DNA of 64,000 nucleotides from Bdellovibrionota bacterium (GTDB lineage: Bacteria > Bdellovibrionota_C > UBA2361 > OMII01): NCBI GenBank assembly GCA_044337105.1, contig JBIIOE010000005.1, forward strand, positions 84 to 64,083, read 5' to 3'. The notes beneath the pieces were generated by a model. The model was not told the DNA's origin. It made no database searches and saw only the letters and a program-made list of their open reading frames with translations. Below, piece after piece: positions 29,031-38,753 of this stretch (the stretch's first letter is position 1; every line of letters starts with the position of its first letter). Position numbers and translations under genes: made by a program.

Positions 29031-30438
29031 ACCCCACCCCCTTGTTGTTGTTCATCATCTCGGCGATCCGCTCGATCAACTCTGCGGCTGTAAAAATAGG
29101 AACAGAACATCTCTTGTTCGCGCACATGAAGGCTGCAGGTTTCGACAGCCTCGGGTAATACATCTCTGCACCCAGCTTCAAGGCCGAGACACTCGAAAAT
29201 CGCTCGCGCCTAACATAGTGCGGCAGCCTCGACAACATGGCCCGCCAGAGTTCTTCGGTACGGCTGTCCTCACTACTCCCGAGGAGAACCGCATGCGGTG
29301 GCTCGACCCCCAGCTCTTCCTCCGCGAGCAGCAAGCGCGCCGCATCGACCACACCCGCTTGCTCACAGCGACCCGACAGAACCGAGGCGAGCGCTCGTTT
29401 CGCCATTTCTCGATACCGATCTTCCTTGACAGTCGAGTATATCAGGTTCGAGAAGCGTGCGAGAGCGGCGCCAGCTTCGATGCGACTCGACACTGCGACT
29501 CTCTCTTCGAGACTCCTCACGAATACGCCGCTGTCGCCAACGATTTGATTGAGAACCGCAATAGCCTCGCGCAGCCATTCGGTATCTCCGGTGATGGAGT
29601 AAAGAGCGTACAAAGCGCGCCCGATCGCCACCCTATCGAGCAACTCGCGAGTGGCGGAGTCCGGTTCTATTACGACAACGCTCTCCGGCCGTCCGCTCTC
29701 GTCAGCCATCAACTTTCGAGCGCCCTGAATGGCCAATTCCTTGAACCTCTCGCGAGTCGAAACAGCATAGAGTTCGGTGAGTGCGCGCACAAAGTTCGCG
29801 TTCTCAGCTAACGAAACCCGTTCGTCCTTCTCGATAGCGCCGCGCTTTATCACGTACGCCTCCCCGGAGTCCGCTTCAGGGCTATCCCCGAAGTCACAAG
29901 AACCGCGAGAAGCAAAATAGTAGCCCGAGCTCGCTTTCATATAGCTCTCCACATAATTAACGGAGCGCTCGGCGATCGAAAGATATTCCTCTATCCCTAG
30001 AATACGATAGGCAGCTGCATACAGAGCTATCGTCACACTTTGTTGAGCTAACGTCTTTGTAAAGCAGGGGTGCTTCCAATCGCCCCCGAGCGAATATTCG
30101 TAAGCTCCACCCATGAGGGCATCAACAAGCTCTACATGCGCACGCAAAGTTCCCTTGGCCCAGCGATCAACTCGATCGGACGGCGCCCGATACCACGCCA
30201 AGGCCCACTCCAGAGTTGCCAGGTCGAGGTGCTTGCGCTGGGCCATCAAGCCATAGCGCTCCATGTCGAGTCCTCGCATATAGGCAGCCTCCAAGCGCTC
30301 GCGGCACCGGGAACTCCCCGATGTGGGTTCGTTATGCTCTTTGCTCAACTGCGTCGGGTCTGCATGGGCCGACCAACAGCCCATAACGAAAGCCGCTATA
30401 CCAAGGAAGATGCCCCTGTAATCCATAATCATCTGCAT
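29017..30438 (-). CDS. YyaL/SPATA20-like alpha6/alpha6-barrel protein without thioredoxin domain, exported
   Basis: GGAYEYSLGGDWKHPCFTKTL resembles YyaL GGFHRYS..W.VPHFEKML; C-terminal AFMCANKRCSVP; start uncertain (30438-30477). Confidence 0.65.
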   Translation of the reverse strand: MQMIMDYRGIFLGIAAFVMGCWSAHADPTQLSKEHNEPTSGSSRCRERLEAAYMRGLDMERYGLMAQRKHLDLATLEWALAWYRAPSDRVDRWAKGTLRAHVELVDALMGGAYEYSLGGDWKHPCFTKTLAQQSVTIALYAAAYRILGIEEYLSIAERSVNYVESYMKASSGYYFASRGSCDFGDSPEADSGEAYVIKRGAIEKDERVSLAENANFVRALTELYAVSTRERFKELAIQGARKLMADESGRPESVVVIEPDSATRELLDRVAIGRALYALYSITGDTEWLREAIAVLNQIVGDSGVFVRSLEERVAVSSRIEAGAALARFSNLIYSTVKEDRYREMAKRALASVLSGRCEQAGVVDAARLLLAEEELGVEPPHAVLLGSSEDSRTEELWRAMLSRLPHYVRRERFSSVSALKLGAEMYYPRLSKPAAFMCANKRCSVPIFTAAELIERIAEMMNNNKGVGYEDH

Positions 30439-30674
30439 CACTAAAGAGAGCCTCCCGGCCGATAAAGCTCCGAACACGATCCTCCCCGAAACAAACTCTG
30501 TTAGACCTACTCGGAAATCCCTGTTTTAAGACCCTCGCAGGCGATGTATAGTTTCCAAGCAGTTAACGCCTCCTCCCTCCTTCCGAGGAGGATAGCGAGT
30601 ACCCACGAGTACGAGACTCCTCAGTTTTGTGAGAATCTAACCGATACCCTATACGACTGAAACAAGCATATTGC

Positions 30675-31766
30675 ATGGGCACGGATTTACACTTTGACGG
30701 CGGGTTTACAGAGGAGAGCTGGGAGTACGCGACTGCGTTCGCGATGTCTCTCGGCACGCTCCCAGCCTCCGTCACAAGCGTCGTTCGACTGCTCTTGTCC
30801 GATTACCAAGCCGACCCCTCAGCTCTCTCGGATTACGGTCGTTTCTTTGTATCTCGCTTCCTGAAAAGCAAAACTCTGCAGGCCGTCTATTACCACACCT
30901 GCCGACATTTCAGACCGGAGAGCCTTCCTGAGATTAGCGAGCCAGTCGGAAGCGACGAGCTCTTGCGTGCATTCTCGGGGGAGGAACATGCGTACATGCT
31001 CTCCTTCGTGTTCTTTCACCGCCAAGCCAAAAAATACTGCGACCAAGCTCTCTTCGAGAACGCCACGAGCATGCTCCAACGGGGACTCAATCTCGGAGGA
31101 ATGATAGGGAAAATGCTTCCTGCGGTGGGCTTTGGAACCGGCTTTCTCTGCGGTGGCTTTCGCTACCTGGCGTTTTTTACTTTCATTCGCCACGATCCAG
31201 ATGGATTCCTGAAATACACTCGACACTTGAAGTCCAACGACCTGTCGAGTGATTGGGCCTTCGAATTCGACAGATGGCAGTGCAACAGTTTGCAAGTAGC
31301 GATCATAATACTCCAGCGTGCCGGCTTGGGCGCTGACAGGCTCTCGCAACTTATGAGGGCCATAGGTACTCGCTCCCCCATACTACCTGACGATCCATTC
31401 CAGGCCGCATGCCGCTCTGCGGATATCTGGCTTCAATGCCTGGCTCAGAAGCGCAGAGCTCCTGCGGTGCCTCTTCCTCCGCAATTTTATTTAGGCCCCG
31501 ATGAACTCCAATCGATTTTTGCGTCTGTCTCACCGCCAGACAACTCGAATCTCGCTGCGTGGCTCGAACGGGACAAGGACGACATCTCCCCTGAAAAGAC
31601 ACCCCAACTCTTCCTCAAACGAGAACTCACTACCGCCCAGGACGACCCTCGTGCCGCCCTCGCGCCCGAGGTACCGCCAGACCTCGAGAGTACGCTTTCG
31701 AGCGAGACAGTCGACTCACTGTCGGAAAAGCTCCTCCAGGATATCCTAGCTATCGAAACAGATTAG
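30675..31766 (+). CDS. Degenerate HDOD-like domain protein
   Basis: GFGTGFLCGGFRYLA..EFDRWQCNSLQVAIIILQRAGL parallels HDOD AFLAGLLHDIG..E....G.DH..VG..L. Confidence 0.5.
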   Translation: MGTDLHFDGGFTEESWEYATAFAMSLGTLPASVTSVVRLLLSDYQADPSALSDYGRFFVSRFLKSKTLQAVYYHTCRHFRPESLPEISEPVGSDELLRAFSGEEHAYMLSFVFFHRQAKKYCDQALFENATSMLQRGLNLGGMIGKMLPAVGFGTGFLCGGFRYLAFFTFIRHDPDGFLKYTRHLKSNDLSSDWAFEFDRWQCNSLQVAIIILQRAGLGADRLSQLMRAIGTRSPILPDDPFQAACRSADIWLQCLAQKRRAPAVPLPPQFYLGPDELQSIFASVSPPDNSNLAAWLERDKDDISPEKTPQLFLKRELTTAQDDPRAALAPEVPPDLESTLSSETVDSLSEKLLQDILAIETD

Positions 31767-31779
31767 TTGTACCGAACCC

Positions 31780-32625
31780 ATGACAGAGACTCCTGAGCAT
31801 TACACAAACTGGATAGCCCGCCAAACGACTACTACCTCACCGGTCGCACTGAGCATTGTTGTACCTGCGTTCAATGAGGAACGGAGGCTACCTCCGACAT
31901 TGATCGATATGGTGGATTACTTCGATAGAGCCGGAACGGAATACGAGGTAATCGTGGTGGACGACGGAAGCACCGACAGGACTTCGGAAGTAGTGCGCAA
32001 ATTCGAGCGGGTTCGTTCATGTATCAAGCTCATCCAGCTCCCTCGGAATTACGGGAAAGGTCATGCAGTGCGCTTGGGAGTGCTCAACAGCAGAGGTAAT
32101 CGCATCCTGTTCGCGGACGCAGATGGGTCGACCCCCATTCAAGAGATCTCGCGACTCTTAGCAGCGCTCGACAAAGGAGCGGATATCGCCATAGGGTCGC
32201 GTGCTCTTTCCTCCTCTGAGACCAAGGTAGAGACATCCGTTCATCGCCGCTACCTGGGAAGAGTATTCAACTGGTGCGTTAACGCGGTCCTCCTTCCAGA
32301 CATCGCTGACACACAGTGCGGATTCAAGATGTTTTCCCGCCAAAGCGCACTATTCCTCTTCAAACATCAACGCTCCGACAGATTCAGCTTCGACGTAGAG
32401 ATCCTTTTTCTCGCGCGCAAGGTGGGCCTGACGATCGCGGAGGTTGCCATCAACTGGACGAACGTCGCAGGCTCAAAGGTCAACCTCATCGCCGACGCTC
32501 TCTCGATGTTCCGGGATATCTTTCGATTCAGAGTCATGCACAGAGGGGTAAATCCTGAAAGCTTTCTCGCCTTCAAGGATGCAGAGGCCGACCTCCTTGG
32601 GAAGCGAGGCACAACGTATCCGTAG
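31780..32625 (+). CDS. GT2 polyprenyl/dolichyl-phosphate glycosyltransferase
   Basis: VPAFNEE, VDDGSTD, NYGKGHAV, FADADGS and DTQCGFKMF. Confidence 0.9.
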   Translation: MTETPEHYTNWIARQTTTTSPVALSIVVPAFNEERRLPPTLIDMVDYFDRAGTEYEVIVVDDGSTDRTSEVVRKFERVRSCIKLIQLPRNYGKGHAVRLGVLNSRGNRILFADADGSTPIQEISRLLAALDKGADIAIGSRALSSSETKVETSVHRRYLGRVFNWCVNAVLLPDIADTQCGFKMFSRQSALFLFKHQRSDRFSFDVEILFLARKVGLTIAEVAINWTNVAGSKVNLIADALSMFRDIFRFRVMHRGVNPESFLAFKDAEADLLGKRGTTYP

Positions 32626-32652
32626 CGAGAAAGCGAGGATTAGGTTGCTTCC

Positions 32653-32901
32653 CTAGCGCATCAGATGCGGCGGAACAGGAACACCTGCTAATTCATAGCC
32701 GCGCCTCTCGCCATCTGCGAGACGTTGTCCGATGAGCTCGGATATCTGCTTATGATGCTGCTCAAGCACGCGTAGGATATGGAACTGCTCATCTCCCGAC
32801 ATGCGGGGATTGCCGATAACGCTTCTGAGAACTGTAACGAGAGCTTCTTGACTACGGTCGAGGTAAAACTGCACCTCTTGTTCCTTTGAACGACTTTGCA
32901 C
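32653..32901 (-). CDS. Small hypothetical protein
   Basis: GTG 32901 after AGAGG; amphipathic helical sequence. Confidence 0.5.
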   Translation of the reverse strand: MQSRSKEQEVQFYLDRSQEALVTVLRSVIGNPRMSGDEQFHILRVLEQHHKQISELIGQRLADGERRGYELAGVPVPPHLMR

Positions 32902-33139
32902 AGACACACCTCTTAAACTTCTGACTACAAATACTAGGGCCACTACTTCCGATAGGATTCTTATCGGCGCAAACACATTCGAACAAAAGATGAATCGGAG
33001 GCACATTCTGACTTTCCCGATAGGCCCGTGGCGGAGCGAACAGCGGGCGCCCTCAAGGCGCGAGCGGCAAAAAGGTGGTCACTTAGCTTCGATAACCTGG
33101 CTTAACCACCGGGTGTAGGGATGAAAAGAAACATCATCC

Positions 33140-34033
33140 ATGCCATACTGCCCTCCTATGGTTGAGCAAATACCTGGATATGCCCTTCTAGACTCCGGAG
33201 ATCAGCGAAAGCTCGAGCGGTTCGGCTCTATATTAATCGATCGCCCATCCTCCTTAAGCACATGGAGAAGGCGACTCCCTGCGGCTACATGGGAGGCAGC
33301 AGATGCTACCTACCTCCCCCCGGATCGATGGGAGTTTCGGAGCAAGCCCTTCACAACCTGGGAAACAACTGTCGCCGGGGTAACCCTTCAGCTCGAACTG
33401 ATGTCCAACGGACAGCTCGGGATCTTTCCGGAGCACGCGCTGTACTTACCCCTTCTGCGCACCTACCTCGATAAACTACACCGCAAGGCGCAGCGCCCTT
33501 TGAAAATCCTCAACTTATTTGCCTACACTGGGCTTGCCACAGCCTTTTGCGCGAAACTTCCTCACACCTTAGTGACACACGTCGATCTGGCCAAACGTGC
33601 CATCGAGTGGGCCAAGAAAAACGTAGACGCCAACGAAATAGGTACAGACAAAGTTCGTTGGATTACGGACGACGCACTCGGCTTCATGGCGCGAGAAGGT
33701 CGGAAAGGGAGCCACTATGACGTGGTAATCATTGATCCCCCATCCTTTAGTCGAGTTTCGAAGAACAATACGTGGACGCTCGAGGAGAAAGCTCCGGAGA
33801 TAGTGAGCTTGTGCCTCAATGTGCTCGATCCCTCCGCGGGGGCTGTTTTCTTCACCAACCATTCGACCGCAAGCACCTCCGACGTCGCCCGTAACATCAT
33901 GTTGGATTATTTTGAGGATCGAGATGTCGAGACTTCCATCGAATCCCTCTCCTTGCGAGAGAGCGAGACGCCTCGACTCCTGCCCGCGGGCTCCCTTATA
34001 GTGCTCTCTCACGCCAAAGACGGCTGGACCTGA
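33140..34033 (+). CDS. Class I SAM-dependent methyltransferase (RlmI/RlmK-like)
   Basis: LLDSGDQRKLERFG, GIFPEH, LNLFAYTG and IIDPPSF. Confidence 0.88.
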   Translation: MPYCPPMVEQIPGYALLDSGDQRKLERFGSILIDRPSSLSTWRRRLPAATWEAADATYLPPDRWEFRSKPFTTWETTVAGVTLQLELMSNGQLGIFPEHALYLPLLRTYLDKLHRKAQRPLKILNLFAYTGLATAFCAKLPHTLVTHVDLAKRAIEWAKKNVDANEIGTDKVRWITDDALGFMAREGRKGSHYDVVIIDPPSFSRVSKNNTWTLEEKAPEIVSLCLNVLDPSAGAVFFTNHSTASTSDVARNIMLDYFEDRDVETSIESLSLRESETPRLLPAGSLIVLSHAKDGWT

Positions 34034-34055
34034 TTATCAAGACAGAGGAAAAGAT

Positions 34056-34706
34056 ATGATTGATACAATGAATGAAACCGTTGAGCGCCAACTCTCGTGG
34101 CGCTACGCCACCAAAAAGTTCGATTCGACCAAGAGCATCTCAGAGCGCAACTGGGAAACCCTGGAACATTCACTGCTTCAGGCACCCTCATCCTTTGGAC
34201 TCCAGCCATGGAGAGTCATTACGGTGCGAGAGGATGGGCTGCGCGAGAAGCTGCGTGCGGTATCCTGGAATCAGCCACAAGTGGTCGAAAGCTCGCATTT
34301 CGTCGTACTAGCCGCCAAAACCTCAGTGGACGAGCCGGACATTGACGAGGCTATGCGGCGCATGTGCGAGATTCGCCAGCTCGCTCCAGAAACGCTCTCC
34401 CCGTACCGAGCCGTAATTATCTCTTTCCTCGATACCCTCAAAGCGCAAGGAGCCCTCGAGGCGTGGTGTACTCACCAAGCGTACCTGGCACTCGGAGTCC
34501 TCCTATCCTCTTCAGCGATGCTCAACATCGATGCGTGCCCACTCGAAGGTATCTCAGCAAGCGCATACGACGAGATCTTGGGACTGAGCAACACAGGGCT
34601 TCGCACAAAAGTGGCCTGCGCATTAGGATATCGGTCCGAACAGGACTCCTCCGCACAGTTTAAGAAGGTTCGCATCGCCCGAGACGAGCTCTTCTTGCGC
34701 CGCTGA
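34056..34706 (+). CDS. Nitroreductase-family NAD(P)H oxidoreductase (NfsB-like)
   Basis: WRYATKKFD, APSSFGLQPW, WNQPQV and DACPLEG. Confidence 0.93.
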   Translation: MIDTMNETVERQLSWRYATKKFDSTKSISERNWETLEHSLLQAPSSFGLQPWRVITVREDGLREKLRAVSWNQPQVVESSHFVVLAAKTSVDEPDIDEAMRRMCEIRQLAPETLSPYRAVIISFLDTLKAQGALEAWCTHQAYLALGVLLSSSAMLNIDACPLEGISASAYDEILGLSNTGLRTKVACALGYRSEQDSSAQFKKVRIARDELFLRR

Positions 34707-34731
34707 TCACTGCCGCCATAGATTGGTGATC

Positions 34732-36699
34732 ATGCGTTTGCGCTTACTCAGCTACGTCTGTGTTCTATTCGCCATTCTCGGCGTCGTGTGTGCGTTGTAT
34801 CGTCCTCTTGTCGAGTCAAATACTCGCTATTTCCGACATGAGGACGATGGACACCATTTCAATCGCACAGCCGAGATGGCTAAGAACGGGGATTTGAACC
34901 CCCACTACTTCAAGAAGCCTTCGCTGCATTTTTATCTGCGCATACCGATCATCTTAGCGAGCACCGCCTGGGCGAAGCGACACGGAGAGCTCCAGAGCAT
35001 CAAGGAGATACGAACGAGAGATCCATACGGACTCGCGCGGTACGCATACACCGCTTCTCATCCAACTATCTTACGATGGAGTCGCTATGGCAGCGTGGTA
35101 TCGACGCTTCTTCTGATCGCTCTAACGTTCGTCTTGACCTACCAACTCTCTTCATCGGTCGCTCTCGGCACCTTTGCAGCGTGCATTACGACTCTTTCAA
35201 ACGAGGTGCTCCGAAACTCCCACATCATCGGCGTGGACATGCTCATGGCGCTTTTGTGTGTGGCGTGCTCGGTGCTCGGGGTATGGGCGTACAAGAGATA
35301 CTCGCCTGTCAAATTAGCTGCGTGCGCATTAGCTGCGGGACTGGCCGGTTCGGCGAAGTACAACGCTGCTCCAATCTCGCTGGTGCCTCTTGCTGTGTGG
35401 TATCTGAGAGGGCGAGACCTCAAGTCAGTGATCATCCCGCTGCTATTCCCCTTGCTCGGACTCGCGCTCGGGAGCCCGTACATAATCGCCTCTTTTCCAG
35501 AGTTTTGGACGGACATGACCTTCGAGGTGTGGCACTACGGGGTGGCGGGGCACGAGGGAAACAGCGCCCCTCGAGGTCTCCCACAGGCGCTCTTCTACGT
35601 ACGCTGGCTACTCAATGACGGCGTAGGAGTTGCCCCGGCTATCCTCGCCGCGGTCGGACTATTGGCTGCGTTAAGGCAAAGAGAGCGCGTATATCTGGTG
35701 TTGCTCGCGTTCCCGTTCGCCTATGCCGGACTTATGATCATGCAAAAAGCGAACTTTACTCGCAACATGATCGTAATCGTTCCTTACGTGGCTCTGCTTG
35801 CGGCGTTTGGGCTCAACACCGTCGTCTCGCGCATCACTCGACGCGATCGTCGCAGCGCCGCATACTTCCTCTTGGCGGCGCTCTCACTTGTTCAAACTAC
35901 GCGCACTTCGATGAGCACGATAGCCGAAGCGACGCATCATCGAGATTCACGTGACACGCTCGCTACATGGCTCGAGCAGGATCAACTACGAGACTCCGAG
36001 ATCGCGGTCGCGGGGCCACTACAAGTGCCGTTTCATCTCTTCTCCCTGCCTGGCGTAGACTCCTTCAATCCGAAGGAATCCTCTGCCGCGCTCCTAGCGC
36101 AGCGTGGGTACGACTATATCGTGGTACCAGACAACCTCGAGCTGTCGGGGTATCTGCGACACATACTTCCAATCGAGACCACGATTACTGGCGTAGCTCT
36201 ACCTCAACGAGTGCCTGACAATCCGGCGATAACAATATTCCGCGTAGCGCCAGAGACGACTCGCACGCTCGCAGCTGAAGCTCCTGCAACAATGACCATC
36301 ACCGTGACCGATCATACGGCAAGCCCTGCGTGTCCAGGATCCTCGGAACCGTATTGTTGGATTTCGAATCGCATCACGGGCCTCGAAATCTCTCCGCCGA
36401 CTGCACTTCCTCGCTCCTTGACGCTTGAAGCGATGACCCCCTGGGCCGAGCAAGCGCTCTCGACTCTCACAGCACAGGGAAGAGAGCTTTCAACTCAGAA
36501 ACTAGACACTCCGGGCTCGTGGACCACCCTGCGGATCCCGATCCCATCAGATCTAGGGCCTCACGATCTTCCGCTTCGAGTCAGTGTTGCGCGCATCTCA
36601 TCTCCCTCATCGCGTAGCTCGAGTAACGATTCGCGACGGCTTGGCGTTGCGCTTCGTCAGACTACGCGAGCCGAGAACCGTGAAATACCGCCACAGTAG
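34732..36699 (+). CDS. GT39/ArnT/PMT-like (GT-C) membrane glycosyltransferase
   Basis: HEDD loop after TM1; many TMs; GLAGSAKYNA; periplasmic C-terminal domain. Confidence 0.8.
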   Translation: MRLRLLSYVCVLFAILGVVCALYRPLVESNTRYFRHEDDGHHFNRTAEMAKNGDLNPHYFKKPSLHFYLRIPIILASTAWAKRHGELQSIKEIRTRDPYGLARYAYTASHPTILRWSRYGSVVSTLLLIALTFVLTYQLSSSVALGTFAACITTLSNEVLRNSHIIGVDMLMALLCVACSVLGVWAYKRYSPVKLAACALAAGLAGSAKYNAAPISLVPLAVWYLRGRDLKSVIIPLLFPLLGLALGSPYIIASFPEFWTDMTFEVWHYGVAGHEGNSAPRGLPQALFYVRWLLNDGVGVAPAILAAVGLLAALRQRERVYLVLLAFPFAYAGLMIMQKANFTRNMIVIVPYVALLAAFGLNTVVSRITRRDRRSAAYFLLAALSLVQTTRTSMSTIAEATHHRDSRDTLATWLEQDQLRDSEIAVAGPLQVPFHLFSLPGVDSFNPKESSAALLAQRGYDYIVVPDNLELSGYLRHILPIETTITGVALPQRVPDNPAITIFRVAPETTRTLAAEAPATMTITVTDHTASPACPGSSEPYCWISNRITGLEISPPTALPRSLTLEAMTPWAEQALSTLTAQGRELSTQKLDTPGSWTTLRIPIPSDLGPHDLPLRVSVARISSPSSRSSSNDSRRLGVALRQTTRAENREIPPQ

Positions 36700-37387
36700 A
36701 GCCCTCGGCAATAAACGAGAACTCCGGTTTTTGGCTGAGCACTTCACGCCAGTCAGGGCCGTATGACAGCGCAATATCGGGAGAGATCTCTACCTGGCAC
36801 TCCGTCCAGAGCCGCCAGGTAGGATGTTCTACGCGATACTCCATAGTGCGGCCGTTTCGAAGGCGCGAATATCCCCAGTAATGCTCCGCGATGAACATCT
36901 CGCGAGAATCGCTCGGTGCCATAGACGGTAGACCTTCAGCCGATGCGCGCACGAAGTGCTTACCTCCGTTATCTCTCCAGCCATAGGTAGCGCGTGTCAT
37001 GCCCTCCGCACTCACTACCTCATGCGTCATCGGAACAGCTCTATACCGCTCATTGTAGAGCGCTCGTGCAAGCGCTGCGACCCAGAAACGCGGCACCAAC
37101 TCGCTGATGAATACAACGCCTCGACGAATCTCTCCATCGACCTCGCGACGCACATAGAACCGCAAATTCACCTCGTCGAAATCACGGTGCCACGGCACGG
37201 GAATGCCCACTACTTTAGTATCGAGAAACCGGAATGCCACGATGCTCGCATATAACTTCGCCCCAAGGCGATCGAGCTCGACTCCACGCGGCAGGTACGG
37301 AAGCAGCAGACTCTCCGGCACCTCCCAGTTGAGCATAACGAGAGATCTCCACTCTGCGGTGAGAAACGGCCTAGGCTGTTTGATCAT
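36662..37387 (-). CDS. DUF2071/YqjF-family protein
   Basis: FLTAEWRSLVMLNW, EVNLRFYVR, FIAEHYWGY and YRVEHPTW; 3' end overlaps the convergent GT39 gene. Confidence 0.88.
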   Translation of the reverse strand: MIKQPRPFLTAEWRSLVMLNWEVPESLLLPYLPRGVELDRLGAKLYASIVAFRFLDTKVVGIPVPWHRDFDEVNLRFYVRREVDGEIRRGVVFISELVPRFWVAALARALYNERYRAVPMTHEVVSAEGMTRATYGWRDNGGKHFVRASAEGLPSMAPSDSREMFIAEHYWGYSRLRNGRTMEYRVEHPTWRLWTECQVEISPDIALSYGPDWREVLSQKPEFSFIAEGSTVAVFHGSRLA

Positions 37388-37554
37388 ACCGACCATCGTA
37401 CCGTGCGGAGCTTGGAGGCACAAACGCGCCCTCACTCGTAGAGCGTGGACTGAGAACGTCGCGTCAAGCACTTACGACGCAGCCTGCCTTTTGTGCCCCT
37501 CCCCGACACGCCTTGCATAGACATCACCTGGTTTAGGCGGGTATTCTAGGAGGC

Positions 37555-38526
37555 ATGTTCATAGTCACAGGTGGAGCCGGTTTCATAGGAAGCGCTTTCA
37601 TAGCGAAACTCAACTCAGAAGGTATCAAGGATATTCTGGTAGTAGACGAACTCGCGAGTTCGCCGCGCTGGAAAAACCTTATTCGTAAGTCCTTCCGCGA
37701 ATATGTGCACAAGGACCGCTTCTTGGAGATGGTCCGCAGTGGTGCATTACCGGCGTCGGTCGAGGGGATTGTGCACCTCGGAGCCTGCTCAAGTACGACT
37801 GAACGCAACGTCGAATACCTCCTTCAGAACAACTACGAGTACACCAAGACCCTTGCAGAGTACTCCATCAAACATGCCATCCGTTTCGTGTACGCCAGCA
37901 GCGCGGCGACTTATGGCGATGGAGCCCTCGGATACGAGGATGACGAATCTCGCCTGGATCACCTCGCTCCACTCAATGCGTATGGATACTCCAAGCATCT
38001 CTTCGATTTATGGGCTAGGAAGCAGGGGCTTTTTTCTCACGTAGCCGGCTTGAAGTTCTTCAACGTCTACGGCCCAAATGAATACTACAAAGAGGATATG
38101 GCGAGTGTCGTGTGGAAGGCCTTCCATAAAATTCGAGACTCGGGCTCGTTCTCACTCTTCAAATCGTATCGCCCTGAGTACAAGGACGGTGAACAGATGC
38201 GCGACTTCGTCTACGTCAAGGATTGCTGCGACGTAATGTGGTGGCTTCTGAACAACCGCGCCGCCAACGGCCTCTTCAATGTTGGGTCAGGCAAGGCGCG
38301 ACCGTGGAATGACCTCGTGGGGTCCGTATTTAACTCGTTAAAACAGACATCTCAGATAGAGTACATCGAGATGCCGCTCCACCTGCGGGACCAATACCAG
38401 TATTTCACTGAGGCTCCAATGTCGAAGCTGCGAGACGCTGGATTCGAGAAGCCGTTCCACACGCTCGAGGAGGGCATTGAGGACTATGTATCTCAACATC
38501 TACTGAAGAGCGATCCTCACTGGTAG
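37555..38526 (+). CDS. hldD: ADP-L-glycero-D-manno-heptose 6-epimerase
   Basis: TGGAGFIGS, HLGACSST, YASSAATYG, YGYSK and FNVYGPNEYYK. Confidence 0.95.
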   Translation: MFIVTGGAGFIGSAFIAKLNSEGIKDILVVDELASSPRWKNLIRKSFREYVHKDRFLEMVRSGALPASVEGIVHLGACSSTTERNVEYLLQNNYEYTKTLAEYSIKHAIRFVYASSAATYGDGALGYEDDESRLDHLAPLNAYGYSKHLFDLWARKQGLFSHVAGLKFFNVYGPNEYYKEDMASVVWKAFHKIRDSGSFSLFKSYRPEYKDGEQMRDFVYVKDCCDVMWWLLNNRAANGLFNVGSGKARPWNDLVGSVFNSLKQTSQIEYIEMPLHLRDQYQYFTEAPMSKLRDAGFEKPFHTLEEGIEDYVSQHLLKSDPHW

Positions 38527-38753
38527 AAGAGCTTGATGAACCGCATTGGCATAACCAGCCGATGCCCTGCAAATTCATTAGGTTGGAGCCTCACAGGCTA
38601 CGCAAAATGCTCGATCTCCACGTCGAGGCGAGTATGAGGGTCGCTCCCTCCCCGCACGACCTCTCCGAGGTGCTACAGCCGGCCCTTCAGGCAATAGGAA
38701 TGACCGAATCTTTTTGAGCAGTTACATCATCAATCATCTCGTAAGGAGTTGAG

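Noticed and set aside
29020-29811. 263-aa plus-strand ORF and many similar 60-240 aa ORFs inside called genes
   Set aside because: Antisense or off-frame shadows expected at this GC content
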